Shown here one piece after another: positions 62,062 through 64,000 of a stretch of DNA of 64,000 bases. Source of the stretch: Neoconidiobolus thromboides FSU 785 (taxonomy: Eukaryota > Fungi > Entomophthoromycota); NCBI GenBank assembly GCA_025603075.1, contig MU626302.1:60443-124442 (forward strand), written 5' to 3'. A program made the position numbers and the translations under genes. The notes beneath the pieces were generated by a model. That model was not told where the DNA came from. It saw only the letters and a program-made list of their open reading frames with translations, and did no database searches. Positions within the stretch are counted from its first letter, which is position 1, and every line of letters begins with the position of its first letter.

Positions 62062-62893
62062 TTTAACAAGCTATTCTAAATCCGCTTACTACAAGAATAA
62101 ATACATATTTAAATCATAAATTGACGCTATTATATTAAATAAAATTATAAACTATGTAAAAATGTAATAAAAATTATAACTATTAATTCTACGAAACTGA
62201 AGAGCTAAGGTAGAATAATCCTAGTAAACTTAATTATATAATCCAAGTTGGTGCCAATTTTATGACTAAAATCAACTTTTGGTCAAAACTTTAGATGACA
62301 GGTTTTCAAGTTTTAGGCTGCTTAAAAAGTGAACAAAATACTGACTCTGAAGCTAACAAAGATTCCATGTTTTTAAATTCTTAAATAATAAAGGATGTTT
62401 ATATATTACATTTATAATTTTATAAGACTTAAGCTTGAGTTTAGTAAAAGGAAGTTACTTTTGAGAAATAAGTAATATTTAACTAACAAATATCATTTAG
62501 TCTTACAATTTAATCAATTGTTGTATGGTTTTATTAACAAATTGTTGAACTTTTATATTAAAAAAAACACAGATAACTAAACAAAATGTACATTTATATA
62601 TTGATTATCTCAATAGTGGCTATTTCATAATACTAAATTTGGAAGTCAAATAGTTTTCTAAGCTGACTATTATCAACTTTTAGATGGATTTTTAACTCCA
62701 ATTACGATTGAAAGTTTAAATAACTTGATTTTTATTAATCTACAAGGTCTTAAATAATGATCATGTTAGATCAGATATCTACTAATTATAAATATTAATA
62801 TTTTAGCGACATAAAAGCTAATAGTTATTAGGATAAAAGTTTAAAACAATGAGAATTTTTTTACTACAATTTATTAATGTTCAATGATCTTAA

Positions 62894-63151
62894 TTAGGCG
62901 CTATCAGCAGCATCAATTTTAGCATTGACTTTAGCTTTAGTTTCTTCAGCTTTCTTGAAAATAGGTTTATTGACATCATGTGGTGTCATTCCTTTGACAT
63001 TTCCAGATAATAGTTTAACAGCGGCATTGGGGGTATCTTCGGTGAGAGAATTATCAAGTAAAATTTCTTCTTCGGATCCTGGGACATTTTGGGTAGCTGG
63101 CATAGCAAAAATGGTAGCGAAAAAAGCAATGATGAGTACTTTGGATTGCAT
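62894..63151 (-). CDS. Small secreted Cys-free protein (paralog A, 85 aa)
   Basis: Signal peptide MQSKVLIIAFFATIFAMP; clear homology to 63715-63951. Confidence 0.8.
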   Translation of the reverse strand: MQSKVLIIAFFATIFAMPATQNVPGSEEEILLDNSLTEDTPNAAVKLLSGNVKGMTPHDVNKPIFKKAEETKAKVNAKIDAADSA

Positions 63152-63714
63152 GTTTATAATATTATTGAAGTTTATCTAAGTATTAATATAAGACTAAGTT
63201 AATTTAATGATTTTAACCAGGCAACCTTACTTGTATTTATATGCTTATTGAATAGATTCTCGTTATGTTTTTATTTTTATTTTATTAAATTGGGTTAATG
63301 AATAATAGTAAAATAATAATAGTTATTTACTTTTATTTACCTACGTTTTATTTAACTTATTTAAAAAATTTCCTTATCTTAGAATAAAATCTTAATGAAG
63401 CTTTATAGTTCATTAACGTTATTTTCAAAATGTCAAAAATGGTAGTGTTACTTAACTATGAATTATGAACTATGAACTATTAAAAAGGTGCTGTAATATG
63501 ACCATAAAATATATTAACGTTTAAAAGGTCTTTGTTTATTTCAATATCTAATCAATAATTCTTTTAAACTAATATTGAGTACAAAATCGACTAAATAATG
63601 AAATAAAAAAGACGTTTCCATAGATAAGTCTTGAAAAGTTAAGTAATTATTAAAATCTAAAATAGAACAATAGTAATATATTTATAGTTAAGATTTATTA
63701 ATGATATTATGAAT

Positions 63715-63951
63715 TTATTTTGCTTTAATAGCAGCATCAGCTTTACCATCAGCTTTAGCTTTCAATTCTTCAGCTTTCTTGAAAACGGGCTCTTTAATTT
63801 CACCAGGCGCTACTCCTTTAAATTTCCCAGAAACTAGACTAACGACAGCTTCAGCAGCACCTTCAGCTTGAACGTCATCAGTAATACCATTTGGAGTTGG
63901 GATAGCGAAAGTAATAGCAAAGAAAGCAGTGATGAGGACTTTGAATTGCAT
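63715..63951 (-). CDS. Small secreted Cys-free protein (paralog B, 78 aa)
   Basis: Signal peptide MQFKVLITAFFAITFAIP; shares AV.L.SG..KG..P....P.FKKAEE.KAK...K.DAA with paralog A. Confidence 0.8.
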   Translation of the reverse strand: MQFKVLITAFFAITFAIPTPNGITDDVQAEGAAEAVVSLVSGKFKGVAPGEIKEPVFKKAEELKAKADGKADAAIKAK

Positions 63952-64000
63952 TATTATAATTACTATTTAGGATTATCTAAGAATTAGAGTAGTTTGAAAT

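Noticed and set aside
1-64000. tRNA or rRNA genes
   Set aside because: No cloverleaf with A/B boxes and no rRNA-like GC-rich tract was seen by eye; tRNAscan-SE would be needed to exclude them formally.

Overview
This is a very AT-rich eukaryotic genomic window. Genes have short (about 45-80 nt) GT-AG introns and fungal-type content (CHS7, MGM101, PHO89, Ran1-like kinases, MKK1-type MAPKK, tetraspanin). It is most consistent with an early-diverging fungus such as a Conidiobolus-like zoopagomycete; that assignment is inference only. About 27 protein-coding genes can be reconstructed. They include housekeeping genes, three RING-H2/coiled-coil paralogs with identical intron positions, two Ran1-like kinases, a PB1...UBA protein, a Sel1-repeat protein and several orphan secreted proteins. 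Non-coding highlights are: (i) a ~100-bp MITE-like element in 13 recognisable copies, one of them a rearranged two-left-arm copy; (ii) a degenerate six-unit, ~190-bp tandem array with dimeric higher-order structure and double-palindrome cores at 8.45-9.48 kb; (iii) a box C/D snoRNA (U34/snR62-like) inside an apparent intron that splits the RPS18 stop codon. No tRNA, rRNA, CRISPR or intact transposase was recognised by eye. Exon structures were assembled manually, so boundaries may be off by a few bases.
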